From assembly GCA_024695505.1 (NCBI GenBank), contig JAILIB010000135.1, positions 19,966 through 83,965 of the forward strand: a stretch of DNA of 64,000 bases. The letters run 5' to 3'. Both the position numbers and the translations under genes were made by a program. The DNA comes from Saccharofermentans sp. (GTDB lineage Bacteria > Bacillota > Clostridia > Saccharofermentanales > Saccharofermentanaceae). The notes beneath the pieces are model-generated. The model ran no database searches, had not been told where the DNA came from, and saw only the letters and a program-made list of their open reading frames with translations. Shown in pieces: positions 19,167 to 29,271 of this stretch (position 1 is its first letter; each line of letters begins with the position of its first letter).

Positions 19167-20151
19167 TGTATTTACTCTGTTCCTCTTTAACATAATCGTC
19201 TACAACATCCCGCTCCTCTACGGTACGACGGGAGAGATCATGATCGAGAAGTCAGGGTCATTAAACCTCGGAGTTGAGGGCACAATGGCTATAGGTGCCG
19301 TAGTAGGTTACCTCGCAGGTGCCAAGACAGACAGCCTTCTTGTTGCATGTCTCGTAAGCTTTATCGCTTCAGGTCTCGTGGGCGCGCTCTTCTCATTCTT
19401 AACTGTTACCCTGCAGGCAAATCAGAATGTAACAGGTCTTACGATCACGACATTCGGTGTAGCTTTCTATTACTTTATCGGAAACGCTCTGTCCAACAGC
19501 GCAGGCGGCTGGCCGAAGCTCAACGGTACTGCTTTTGACATGCAGTCCCAGCCTATCCATATTCCGTTTATCTCCGATATTCCGTTTGTCGGGAAAGCGC
19601 TTTTCTCGCACGGCATCCTTGTCTATGTCGGCATCCTTATCGCAGTATTAATGTGGTTCTACTTCAATAAGACCGTTCCCGGCTTAAAGCTTCGTGCGAT
19701 CGGTGAGAACCCTGCGGCTGCTGACTCTCTGGGCGTTAACGTTACGCTTTATAAGTACACGCACATCATCATCGGTTCCGGGATCATGGGTCTTGGCGGA
19801 CTCTACATGGGACTTAATCTCGGCGGTGCTTTCGAAGGTTCTAACTGCTGGATCAACGGTTATGGCTGGATCTCGATCGCGCTCGTTATTTTCGCGAACT
19901 GGAGCCCTGCAAAGGCACTCCTCGGAACGCTTATCTTCGGCTTCTTCAACACTCTCCGTGTTCAGAATGCCGCACTCGCGTATGCCTTCCCTGATGCATT
20001 GGGCTGGCTTACAAAGATTCCTTCTCACTTCTTCTCGGCACTGCCGTTCATCATAACGCTCATCGTCCTCATCATCAGCTCGCTGACATCGAAGGGCAGA
20101 AGCGGAGAGCCTCAGGCGATCGGACGCAACTATTACCGTGAAGACAGATAA
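19159..20151 (+). CDS. Nucleoside ABC transporter permease
   Basis: EKSG.LNLGVEG, ANQ.VTG, GL.LRA.GENP.AADS.G, GWI.IALV.F..W.P. Confidence 0.92.
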   Translation: MLDVFTLFLFNIIVYNIPLLYGTTGEIMIEKSGSLNLGVEGTMAIGAVVGYLAGAKTDSLLVACLVSFIASGLVGALFSFLTVTLQANQNVTGLTITTFGVAFYYFIGNALSNSAGGWPKLNGTAFDMQSQPIHIPFISDIPFVGKALFSHGILVYVGILIAVLMWFYFNKTVPGLKLRAIGENPAAADSLGVNVTLYKYTHIIIGSGIMGLGGLYMGLNLGGAFEGSNCWINGYGWISIALVIFANWSPAKALLGTLIFGFFNTLRVQNAALAYAFPDALGWLTKIPSHFFSALPFIITLIVLIISSLTSKGRSGEPQAIGRNYYREDR

Positions 20152-20168
20152 AAGAAAAAGGGGTATTT

Positions 20169-21380
20169 ATGTACAACATTCGAAAACTTACAGACGACCT
20201 CACCTGGATCGGCGGCAGTGACCGCAAGATACAGAAGTTCGAGAGCGTCTACAAACTGAATTCGGGTATGAATTACAATTCATATTTTCTCGATGCAGGT
20301 GCCACGGTGCTTTTCGATACCGTTGACAGGGAAGTGGCAGATGTCTTCTTTGAGAATCTCGCTTTCTGTCTTAACGGAAGAAAACTCGATTACATCGTAG
20401 TTCATCACATGGAACCCGATCACTCTGCAACTCTTGCGTCGGTTCTTGATGCCAACAGCGAAGCAAAGATCATCCTTAACGCGAAGACTCTGCAGTTCAT
20501 CTCTCAGTTCTTCCGTGATAAGGATTATTCTTCAAGGACCATTGTTGTAAAAGACGGTGATGAGATGGAATTGGGCTCCCACAGATTCAAGTTCATCTTC
20601 GCACCGATGGTTCACTGGCCTGAAGTCATGATGAGTTTTGACGAGACAGAAGGAACGCTCTTCTCAGCTGATGCATTCGGCAGTTACGGAGCAACCAACG
20701 GTTCGATCTTTGCTGACGGCAAAGACTTCGAAGCAGACCTTCTTAACGAAGCCCGCCGTTACTATACGAACATCGTAGGCAAGTACGGGATGCAGACTAC
20801 TGCTGTAATCAACAAGACTGCTTCGCTCGACATCAGGATGATCTGCCCTCTTCATTCTTATGTGTGGAGAAAGGATATAGATAAGATCATCGGCTGCTAT
20901 AAGACATGGGGATCTTATACTCCTGAAGTAAAAGGTGTATTCATCCTTGCAGGTTCCATCTACGGACACACGGCAAATGCAGCTGAAGTTCTCATGACAG
21001 AGCTTGATAAACGGGGTATCGAGGCTGCTATCCTTGATGCTTCATCAACAGATATATCAGACGTTATCGCGATGGCTTTTAAGTACAGCAACATCGCAAT
21101 CTGTTCTTCGACATATAACAACGGTATATATTCTCCCGTTGAGCATGCGGTAACCGAACTGGCTGCACATGGGTTGACGGGCAGAACGTTCTCTGTTATA
21201 GAGAATGGTACCTGGGCTCCGGCGAGCGGCAAGGGTCTATTGGCACACATCGAAGGTCTTAAGAACTGCAAGGTTATAGGTCAGACCGTAACGATCAGAT
21301 CGTCCGGCGACGATGATACAAGACAGAGTATTGAAGCACTTGCCGAAGAGATCGAAAAAGATATAAAGAACAATATATAA
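20169..21380 (+). CDS. fprA: FprA-family flavodiiron protein
   Basis: YNSYF, HHMEPDH, MVHWPE, FSADAFG, RRYY.NIVG, flavodoxin S.YG.T and NGTW. Confidence 0.9.
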   Translation: MYNIRKLTDDLTWIGGSDRKIQKFESVYKLNSGMNYNSYFLDAGATVLFDTVDREVADVFFENLAFCLNGRKLDYIVVHHMEPDHSATLASVLDANSEAKIILNAKTLQFISQFFRDKDYSSRTIVVKDGDEMELGSHRFKFIFAPMVHWPEVMMSFDETEGTLFSADAFGSYGATNGSIFADGKDFEADLLNEARRYYTNIVGKYGMQTTAVINKTASLDIRMICPLHSYVWRKDIDKIIGCYKTWGSYTPEVKGVFILAGSIYGHTANAAEVLMTELDKRGIEAAILDASSTDISDVIAMAFKYSNIAICSSTYNNGIYSPVEHAVTELAAHGLTGRTFSVIENGTWAPASGKGLLAHIEGLKNCKVIGQTVTIRSSGDDDTRQSIEALAEEIEKDIKNNI

Positions 21381-21394
21381 AGAGAGGTAGAAAA

Positions 21395-24295
21395 ATGAAT
21401 TGTCCGAATTGCGGTAAAGAACTCAAAGACAATCAGAAGTTTTGCGGCGGATGCGGTGCAGATGTCTCTTATCTCTGGCAGCAGGCAGCTCCTGCTCCCG
21501 TAGAGGCAGCGCCCGTTGTTGAACCCATGCCGGCACCTGTTCCTGTAGAAGCAGCTCCTGCTCCTGTCGTTGCAGCACCTGTGCCTGTTGAAGCAGCACC
21601 TGCACCTGCTCCCGTTGCGGCTGCTCCGGCACCTGCTCCTGTTGCTCCTGTTGCGGCTGCTCCCGCTCCCGCACCGGCCCCGGCACCTGCGCCCGTTCCG
21701 ACAGCTTTCGGTGATACAACACCCGTTCAGCCTCAGGCACCTGTAGCTCAGGCAGCAGGCGGCAATGAGCCTCCCAAGAAAAAGAAGAAGGGTATCGTCG
21801 GCATCATCATCGGTATAGTTGCTGCAGTCCTGGTAGTTGTTATCGGTGCCGTTGTAGGTATCGCATTATGGATCAATAGTTTAGGTGACACACCTTCACA
21901 TACAAAGAAGACAACCGAAGAAGAAGAAGAGACTACAACAGAAGAGACAACAGAAGTTGTTACAGAGATGGCAACGAGAACAGTCATGGTCTATGCGATC
22001 GGTACTGACCTCGAGTCAACAGCTGCAAACCTCTCTGCAGACGTTAAGGAGATGATCGCTGCACAGCCCGGTGAGAGCGTTAATATCATTCTTCAGACAG
22101 GCGGATGCTTAGACTTCCAGAACAACTATATGGAAGACGGCAAGACACAGCGTTTCATTATCCAAAACAGTGCCATCGAGGAAATCGATAACTTAGGTGA
22201 TGTCAGCATGGTTGAGACAAGAACATTGTCTGACTTCATCAAGTTTGCTAAAGACGAATGCCCTGCTGAGCATTATATTCTCGTTTTGTGGGATCACGGC
22301 GGCGGAGTTCCCCTCGGATTCGGTTATGACGAGATCCACGACGGAACACTTACTGATATTGAGATAGCTGAGGCTATCGCAGACTGCGACATCGAATTTG
22401 AGTCCATCATCTTCAACGCATGTCTCATGGGTTCTTTGGAAGTTGCCAAGGCACTCGATCCTTACACAGATTACATCATCGCAGCAGAGAGCCCTACGTG
22501 GGGAAGCGCTTACTACGATGTAGGTATCAACTACACCAACTTCCTTAACTACATCGGTGATGATTTCACGGGTGATGCAGAGGACTATGGTGAGTTCATC
22601 GTAAGAGACTACATGGACAACATCAATGCAACCCAGGACAGCATGGGATACTACGGAATCGATACATGTATGTCATGTATTGATACGGATAACGTTAACG
22701 AAGTATATGAAGCTTATGAAGAATTTATCGCTGCTCTTAACACAAGAGTTTTCGAGCAGGACGGATATGTTGAATACGTTCAGCTCAGAGACGACTGCGG
22801 TTCATTCGAAGGAACAGACTCCGTTGACCTTACAACACTTGCCAGCAAGTACATCAACTGCGGCGATACCGCTATCGAATCAGCAGCAAGCAAGCTCGTC
22901 AACGAAGTCAGCAACTGCGTATTTACGGAGAGCAACAACTCTTACACATACGCTCACGGAATGACAACTTACGCTCCTTTCCTCTATCCTGAATATTACA
23001 ACGAGGGAAGAGTTACATTCGTAACATTGGGTTACAGCGATACAACGATCAGGTTCTACGATCAGTTTGTAAGTAAGGAACTCTACATCCTCAACGCAAC
23101 TTCTTATGCCGGTGACTGGTACATTCAGCCTGCAGATGCTGCAGAGATCGAGTCAGGCAATACATACGATATCTCCAACCTCATCGTTGATATGGGCGGA
23201 TATGAAGCTATCGAGCTTTTCGAGAGCGACTGGGATATCATCCGCGAAGTTAAAGTCACATTAGCTTACACGCTGGATGAAGACGAAGATTACATCTACT
23301 ACATGGGTACTGACTATCAGTATTCCATCGACAGCAACGGATACATCATCCTCCAGAACCCTACGAACTGGGTATTCTTCACCAGCTTCGGATTCGCAAC
23401 CTGCGAGTGCCTTAAGTATGAGGTTGCAGATGACGGTACATGGTACAAGTATCTCGGTGCGGAAGCATTGGTAAACGGCCAGACGGCTTATGTCGTTATC
23501 GCATTCAGCACTGAAGATCAGGAAGGCCAGATCATCGGTTATTACTATGCCGATATCATCAACGACACATACGACAGCAACCAGAGTTACCAGTTCAACG
23601 AAGATGATACGATCGTATTCATCGAAGAGTACTATGAGATCTCTACAGATACGATGAGCTACTTTGAGCTTGGCAGCGCCGTAACTTATGAGGAAGCAGT
23701 AAGTCTCTACTACTACTCAGGCGTTGATTATACTGACGCAACAGGTTACATCAGATTTGATATCTACGATGTATATAACAACGATTACGTTATCCCGCTC
23801 AGAGAAGGCACACCTGCTTATGAGATCGATGCCGAGAGAGGAGATAACTCCGGTTCATCAAGCGGCACCGATTATGATGAAGGTTCTATCGATGCAACAT
23901 ACATGGTAGGTTATGTTATTACTGACTACGCAGACTGCTCACTTTATCAGGCATCCTGTGACTGGATCTCTTATGACGATTCCAGCAAGTCATATGGTGT
24001 TTATTATTCTTATGCAGAAGCACTTTCATTAACATTTGAAGTTGATGCAGATGCGACTGAAACGTATTACTTCAAGTATTACTATAGTGCTGACAGCATG
24101 TTCTCTAATAAGGAACTTTCTGCAGCGGTTTATTCCGGTTCAGCCGATGTAGTGTATGAAGACGGATATTACTACTATCACTTTGATCTGCCTTCAGATT
24201 ACATCGAAGCAGGTTATTACATCATTGCAGTCGACACTGAATCAGGCAACACAGGCAACAGAGCAGCTCTCTCAGTCTGCCAGGTTATTGACTAA
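21395..24295 (+). CDS. Membrane-anchored clostripain-like (C11) cysteine peptidase with cytoplasmic Zn ribbon
   Basis: CPNC...FCGGCG ribbon, Pro/Ala linker, KKKKK plus TM, MVY..GTDLE, LWDHGGG, IFNACLM. Confidence 0.8.
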   Translation: MNCPNCGKELKDNQKFCGGCGADVSYLWQQAAPAPVEAAPVVEPMPAPVPVEAAPAPVVAAPVPVEAAPAPAPVAAAPAPAPVAPVAAAPAPAPAPAPAPVPTAFGDTTPVQPQAPVAQAAGGNEPPKKKKKGIVGIIIGIVAAVLVVVIGAVVGIALWINSLGDTPSHTKKTTEEEEETTTEETTEVVTEMATRTVMVYAIGTDLESTAANLSADVKEMIAAQPGESVNIILQTGGCLDFQNNYMEDGKTQRFIIQNSAIEEIDNLGDVSMVETRTLSDFIKFAKDECPAEHYILVLWDHGGGVPLGFGYDEIHDGTLTDIEIAEAIADCDIEFESIIFNACLMGSLEVAKALDPYTDYIIAAESPTWGSAYYDVGINYTNFLNYIGDDFTGDAEDYGEFIVRDYMDNINATQDSMGYYGIDTCMSCIDTDNVNEVYEAYEEFIAALNTRVFEQDGYVEYVQLRDDCGSFEGTDSVDLTTLASKYINCGDTAIESAASKLVNEVSNCVFTESNNSYTYAHGMTTYAPFLYPEYYNEGRVTFVTLGYSDTTIRFYDQFVSKELYILNATSYAGDWYIQPADAAEIESGNTYDISNLIVDMGGYEAIELFESDWDIIREVKVTLAYTLDEDEDYIYYMGTDYQYSIDSNGYIILQNPTNWVFFTSFGFATCECLKYEVADDGTWYKYLGAEALVNGQTAYVVIAFSTEDQEGQIIGYYYADIINDTYDSNQSYQFNEDDTIVFIEEYYEISTDTMSYFELGSAVTYEEAVSLYYYSGVDYTDATGYIRFDIYDVYNNDYVIPLREGTPAYEIDAERGDNSGSSSGTDYDEGSIDATYMVGYVITDYADCSLYQASCDWISYDDSSKSYGVYYSYAEALSLTFEVDADATETYYFKYYYSADSMFSNKELSAAVYSGSADVVYEDGYYYYHFDLPSDYIEAGYYIIAVDTESGNTGNRAALSVCQVID

Positions 24296-24326
24296 GACTG
24301 CGTTCAGTTTATAAGGAGAATCGAAA

Positions 24327-26009
24327 ATGAAGATGACCGGAGCACAGATACTTGTCGAGACCTTGATTGAACAAGGTGTTGATACCGTGTTCGGTTTTCC
24401 GGGCGGAATGGTCGTGGATATCTATGACAAACTCTACGACAAACAGGACAAGATCAGGCATATCCTGACCGCTCACGAAGAAGGTGCTGTTCACGCAGCA
24501 GACGGTTATGCAAGATCCACCGGCAAGACCGGAGTCGTTATCGCGACTTCCGGTCCCGGTGCAACCAACCTTGTCACGGGAATAGCTACGGCTTATCTTG
24601 ATTCGATCCCTCTTGTTGCCATTACAGGCAACGTCAGCAATTCCATGATCGGAAGAGACTCATTCCAGGAGATCGACATTACAGGCATCACTCTTCCCAT
24701 CACAAAGCATAACTTCTTCGTCCACAAAGTCTCAAAGCTGGCAGACGTAGTAAGGAAAGCGTTTGAGCTCGCACAGACCGGAAGACCGGGTCCTGTCCTC
24801 ATCGATATTCCGAAGGATGTCCAGGAGGCAATTTTCGACTACAGGAAAAAGCCCGTAGTAAAGCCTGAACCGGTTCCATGCTGTGATGAAGAAGACATCA
24901 AAAAAGCAGTTAAGCTTATCAGGGAATCGAAGAGACCTTATATCTATTTCGGAGGCGGTGCGGTAAGGACGGAACTTGGCGAAGATATCGTTAAGCTCGC
25001 TGACAAACTTGATGCTGTTATCGGATGCTCCATGATGGGCCTTTCAGAGATCCCTTCTGATTCTCCGAGGTTTTTGGGCATGCAGGGTATGCACGGGCGT
25101 TATGCTTCTTCCGTTGCACTTGCCAAAGCAGATCTGATCCTCGCCATAGGCGTCAGATTTTCTGACAGGGCGACTGGAAAGACAGAAAAGTTCTCACTTT
25201 CTGCCACGAAGATCCATGTTGATTGTGACCGCGCCGAGATCGGCAAGAATGTTCCTGTTGATCTTGGTGTCTGCTGTGATATCAAAGACTTTGTCAAGCG
25301 TCTTACACAGGCAGTGCCCCAGCGCAGGAACAGCGAATGGATCAAGAAGGTCGACCAGCTCAAGCAGAGAGAGGCAGACGCATACGAAGGACTTCCTTTC
25401 CTTCCGCGCGATGCAATCAATATCATTTCTGACAACATCAAGCCCGATACAAGGCTTGTAACTGACGTAGGCCAGCATCAGTGCTGGACTGCACAGTTTT
25501 TCAAGTTCAGGAACAGGCGCACATGGATCACTTCAGGCGGTCTCGGGACCATGGGCTTCGGCCTTGGCGCTGCCATCGGAAGCTCTCTCGGAACGGATAC
25601 GAGAAGCGTTCTTATCACGGGTGACGGAAGCTTCGGCATGTGCCTTAACGAACTTGCTACTGCAGTTACTTACAACGTTCCTGTCACCATCGTTATCTTC
25701 AATAACCATGCGCTCGGAATGGTAAGACAGTGGCAGAAAGTCTTCTTCGACGGCAGATATTCCAACACTAATCTCGACCGCAAGACCGACTTCGTAAAAC
25801 TTGCCCAGGCATTCGGTGCCAAGGGATTTACGGCTACGGACAAAGAGTCTTTCGAGGAGGCTTTCAAAAAAGCATATAAGGTCAAGGGCCCTGCGATAAT
25901 TGACCTCACGATCAAGAAAGACAGTCTGGTCCTTCCGATGCTTAAACCCGGCGGAACGTTCAACAACCTGATCTTGAGAAGGGAGGATATCAGCGATGCC
26001 GAGAAATAA
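24327..26009 (+). CDS. ilvB: Acetolactate synthase large subunit
   Basis: FGFPGG, HEEGA.HAADGYAR, TSGPGATN, TDVGQHQ, TSGGLGTMG, GDGSF. Confidence 0.96.
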   Translation: MKMTGAQILVETLIEQGVDTVFGFPGGMVVDIYDKLYDKQDKIRHILTAHEEGAVHAADGYARSTGKTGVVIATSGPGATNLVTGIATAYLDSIPLVAITGNVSNSMIGRDSFQEIDITGITLPITKHNFFVHKVSKLADVVRKAFELAQTGRPGPVLIDIPKDVQEAIFDYRKKPVVKPEPVPCCDEEDIKKAVKLIRESKRPYIYFGGGAVRTELGEDIVKLADKLDAVIGCSMMGLSEIPSDSPRFLGMQGMHGRYASSVALAKADLILAIGVRFSDRATGKTEKFSLSATKIHVDCDRAEIGKNVPVDLGVCCDIKDFVKRLTQAVPQRRNSEWIKKVDQLKQREADAYEGLPFLPRDAINIISDNIKPDTRLVTDVGQHQCWTAQFFKFRNRRTWITSGGLGTMGFGLGAAIGSSLGTDTRSVLITGDGSFGMCLNELATAVTYNVPVTIVIFNNHALGMVRQWQKVFFDGRYSNTNLDRKTDFVKLAQAFGAKGFTATDKESFEEAFKKAYKVKGPAIIDLTIKKDSLVLPMLKPGGTFNNLILRREDISDAEK

Positions 26010-26508
26010 GATAATCATTGCGATCTACGTTGATAACCAGTATGGTGTCCTCTCGCGTGTTACCGCGATGTTTACGAGAAGAGGTTACAATATTGATTCC
26101 CTCACGGTAGGTGAGACGGAGTCACCTGAATATTCGAGAATCACCATCACTCTCACGGCAGAGAAGAACGACAAGGATCAGGTAGTCTCACAGCTCCGCA
26201 AACTCTATAACGTTAAGAAAGTTATCGTACTCTCAACGGAGGATTGTATTAAGAGAGAACTTCTTCTCATAAAGGTCAGGAATACCGAACAGCAGCATGC
26301 TGATATCGTTGAAGCGACCAACATCTTCCGCACGAAGATAATTGACTTCACAGATGAAGCGATCAGTATCGAAGCAACCGGCGACAGCCAGAAGATCGAT
26401 GCCTTCATCGAGTACATGAAGAAGTTCGAGATCATCGAGATGTGCCGTACCGGAATCGTCGCGCTTGACCGCGGAAGCACTAATATCTGGTCCGAACATG
26501 AAGACTGA
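25996..26508 (+). CDS. ilvN: Acetolactate synthase small subunit
   Basis: N..GVLSRV..MF.RRGYNIDSL ACT domain; RELLLIKV; RTG.VAL. Confidence 0.95.
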   Translation: MPRNKIIIAIYVDNQYGVLSRVTAMFTRRGYNIDSLTVGETESPEYSRITITLTAEKNDKDQVVSQLRKLYNVKKVIVLSTEDCIKRELLLIKVRNTEQQHADIVEATNIFRTKIIDFTDEAISIEATGDSQKIDAFIEYMKKFEIIEMCRTGIVALDRGSTNIWSEHED

Positions 26509-26616
26509 AATACAACCAAATTAATACAAATTTAATTAAATAACTCCCTTCAATGTTTTATAATTGAATCAAAGGTCAAAGCCTTTTGAAACTTCAAAAC
26601 GGAAGGGAGTGATTTT

Positions 26617-27159
26617 ATGAAGATCACTACACAGGGCAACGGAATCCGCATCGGTACAAGACTTGAAGACAAGATCGCTTCAAAGATGTCCAAGTTCGAC
26701 AAGTTCTTTGGTGATGAAGGCACACTCAATGTCCGTATCAGACCTGAAGGTACTGACATGGTAGTCGAGATCACGATGGAATTCGGCGGCAAGATCTTGA
26801 GAGCAGAAGCATGTGATGAGGATATCCTGACAGCTGTTGACAGAACCGTTGACAAGCTCGAGTCTCAGATCAGAAGACAGAAGACCAAGTTCCTCAAGAA
26901 GAAGAAGGAGTACCAGGGAATCGTTAATTATCTTGAGGATGACGGTGGTGCAGATTTCGACATCGTTGACGAGAAGGAAGCTAAGATCACTAAGCGTAAG
27001 CAGTTCGCATTAAGACCGATGACATCCGAGGATGCTATCCTCCAGCTTGAGATGTTAGGTCACGACTTCTTCGTTTACCTTGACAGCGACACCAACTCAG
27101 TCTGCGTCGTTTATAAGAGATATGACGGCGGCTACGGCTTGCTCGAACCTGAATACTGA
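26617..27159 (+). CDS. hpf: Long ribosome hibernation promoting factor (HPF/RaiA)
   Basis: AVD..VDKLE.QIRR.K; C-terminal PMT.EDAILQLEMLGHDFFVY...VVYKR.DG.YGL.EP. Confidence 0.93.
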   Translation: MKITTQGNGIRIGTRLEDKIASKMSKFDKFFGDEGTLNVRIRPEGTDMVVEITMEFGGKILRAEACDEDILTAVDRTVDKLESQIRRQKTKFLKKKKEYQGIVNYLEDDGGADFDIVDEKEAKITKRKQFALRPMTSEDAILQLEMLGHDFFVYLDSDTNSVCVVYKRYDGGYGLLEPEY

Positions 27160-27183
27160 TACTGACTACAAATGAATGATCCG

Positions 27184-27211
27184 GAGGCTGCCATAGTGCA
27201 GCCTCTTTTTT
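27184..27211 (+). terminator. Intrinsic terminator of hpf
   Basis: gaggctgc-catagt-gcagcctc-tttttt. Confidence 0.9.
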
Positions 27212-27233
27212 GCGAGTGATTTTTTCGTGCGCG

Positions 27234-27425
27234 AAAACTATGGCAAAAAGTATGGCTGAAGCCACATCTTTTACCACAGTTTTTTACTTCAAGATTGAGC
27301 GCGCCCGCCCCAAATTCCCGTTCAAACTTCCGTTACCTAACGGAAATTCCAACAGAAATACGCTTGAAAACATTCAAAATTCGGTTTAAAGTTCCGTTTG
27401 TAAACGGAAAAACCAACGGGAAATT
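27234..27425. repeat. Cluster of three four-core palindromic modules (one TATGG type, two CCGTT type)
   Basis: 27234-27283 aaaactatggcaaaaagtatggc-tgaa-gccacatcttttaccacagtttt. Modules 27312-27361 and 27376-27425 have centres 64 bp apart. Both types recur at 48.4-48.6 kb. Confidence 0.85.
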
Positions 27426-27452
27426 GAATGAGTAAATTGAAGGTATAAGCAT

Positions 27453-27896
27453 ATGGAATATAAGTTTCTGGGACATGAGACGGCGCAGGATGTAAAGCCC
27501 CTCGCAGACTGCGGATACAATATCGAATCGCTCAAAGACCTTTTTGATGTCCTAAGTGACGGTATCTGGAGGATCGAGACATGCACTCCCAGATTAAGAA
27601 GCGGATGGAGTGAGGAGAATAAGACTTTGGGCCAGTGTACGATCACGGCTTTTCTTGTTCAGGATATCTTCGGCGGTGAGGTCTTCGGAATATTAAGGCC
27701 CGCAGGAAATTACCATAGCTATAACGTGATAAACGGCAGGCAGTATGACCTGACGATCGAGCAGTTCGGCGATGAAGCAGAGAGCCTGGTTTTCGATAAT
27801 TCGAATCCTCAGAGCAGGGAAGTGCATTTTGCCAAAGAAGAAAAATATAAGAGATATCTGCTTCTCAAAAAACTGCTCAAGGAAGCACGCGGCTGA
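27453..27896 (+). CDS. YunG-like protein
   Basis: W..ETC...W...N..LGQC.ITA.LVQD.FGG, H.YN, DLT..QF. Confidence 0.7.
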   Translation: MEYKFLGHETAQDVKPLADCGYNIESLKDLFDVLSDGIWRIETCTPRLRSGWSEENKTLGQCTITAFLVQDIFGGEVFGILRPAGNYHSYNVINGRQYDLTIEQFGDEAESLVFDNSNPQSREVHFAKEEKYKRYLLLKKLLKEARG

Positions 27897-27918
27897 AGCG
27901 CTTGTTTTCTGCACATTC

Positions 27919-27938
27919 TGTAACATAATTGTTTCACA
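27919..27938. promoter_or_regulatory. Candidate operator (TGTAAC-N5-TGTTTC)
   Basis: tgtaacataattgtttcaca; 16/20 identical to 32154-32173; resembles a WalR/OmpR direct repeat. Confidence 0.35.
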
Positions 27939-27999
27939 AGGCACCTTTTGACCGTGATACACTTGTTGGGGGAAATAGGACTATAAAGAGGAGACGGAA

Positions 28000-29250
28000 A
28001 TGAGAACTAAAAAGGCGATAATCGCATGCCTGGCGGTAGCTATCTGCCTGAGTTCATTCTTGTCCGCCGGATGCGGCAAAAATGGCTGGGTAACTACCGA
28101 TGAAGGCACATTTTATTATGAAGACGGTCAGGCATATGCCGGACTTAAAGTGATGCCCGACGGCACTGTCAGGTATTTTGATCCCGCAACTTTCGCTATG
28201 GCTAAAGGCGAGCAGGAGATCGACGGCAACAATTATCTGTTTAACGATGAAGGTGTCATGCAGACCGGGTTCCAGACAACTGACGGCGTGACCAAATACT
28301 ACAATCCCGAGACAGGCATCCTTATGACGGGATGGCTTGAGATTGACGGCAAAAAATACTATGCAGATCCCGCGACGGTAACACTGTCTACGGGACTTAC
28401 CGATATTGAAGGCAAACAGTATTTCTTCGACGAGACCAGCGGCGTCATGACGACAGGCTGGGTCGATATCGGTGAGGACACGTATTTCTTCGAAGAAGAG
28501 ACCGGTGCCGGCAAGGAAGGCATCATCGATATCGATGGCAAGACATATGGGTTTATCGATGGCAAGATGATCAAGGGCCAGAGAGCCATGGCCGGCAATC
28601 ACCTGTATTACTTCGGCGAAGACGGTGCTGTATATCGTGAGATCGATGGTGATAAACCGATGGTTGCTCTTACATACGATGACGGTCCGTCCATTTACAC
28701 TAATGAGATCATTGACGTGTTTGTCGAATACAATCAGAGATGCACATTCTTCATCGTAGGCGACAGGATCAGCTGGAATGAAGAACCTGCTGTCCGCGAA
28801 GCTGAGTTGGGCTTTGAGCAGGGCAACCACACATATAGTCATTCCAGACTTACGGATCTTGATGCTGCAGGCCAGCTTGAAGCACTTAAGGGTACTGACG
28901 ATGAGCTCATCAGGATCTCCGGAAATGCTTCCACATGCTTAAGACCGCCGGAAGGCAGATGGGACGAGACACTGAAGGAAGTATGCGGTCAGCCTATCAT
29001 TCTCTGGAGCATTGACTCTGAAGACTGGAAGAGCAGAGACTGTGATACAGTCTGCAGCCGCATCATCGGCAAGGTCAGTGACGGCGATATCGTTCTCATG
29101 CATGACCTCTACCAGTCTACGGCGGATGCTACAAAGGAGATCGTTCCTGCGCTTGTTGATGCAGGCTTCCAATGTGTAACGGTTGAAGAGTTAGGACTTC
29201 TTCGCTGCGGAGGACTTGAAGACGGAGTTGTTTACTATTCCGTCAACTGA
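28000..29250 (+). CDS. Lipoprotein with cell-wall-binding repeats and a CE4 polysaccharide deacetylase domain
   Basis: Lipobox SAGC, repeated TGW..I.G..YYF, LTYDDGP, GNHTYSH, RPPEG, WSIDSEDW, IVLMHD. Confidence 0.9.
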   Translation: MRTKKAIIACLAVAICLSSFLSAGCGKNGWVTTDEGTFYYEDGQAYAGLKVMPDGTVRYFDPATFAMAKGEQEIDGNNYLFNDEGVMQTGFQTTDGVTKYYNPETGILMTGWLEIDGKKYYADPATVTLSTGLTDIEGKQYFFDETSGVMTTGWVDIGEDTYFFEEETGAGKEGIIDIDGKTYGFIDGKMIKGQRAMAGNHLYYFGEDGAVYREIDGDKPMVALTYDDGPSIYTNEIIDVFVEYNQRCTFFIVGDRISWNEEPAVREAELGFEQGNHTYSHSRLTDLDAAGQLEALKGTDDELIRISGNASTCLRPPEGRWDETLKEVCGQPIILWSIDSEDWKSRDCDTVCSRIIGKVSDGDIVLMHDLYQSTADATKEIVPALVDAGFQCVTVEELGLLRCGGLEDGVVYYSVN

Positions 29251-29271
29251 CAGATAAAGAACCGGTCTGAA

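Noticed and set aside
24296-24326. T-box or attenuator before ilvB
   Set aside because: The intergenic gap is only 31 bp
27234-27425. Integron attC sites
   Set aside because: No consistent RYYYAAC/GTTRRRY ends, no cassette ORFs between modules and no integrase; the resemblance is only architectural
28054-28842. Long antisense ORFs (also 54574-55419 and 60901-61608)
   Set aside because: Shadow frames opposite well-supported genes, with no motifs or SD
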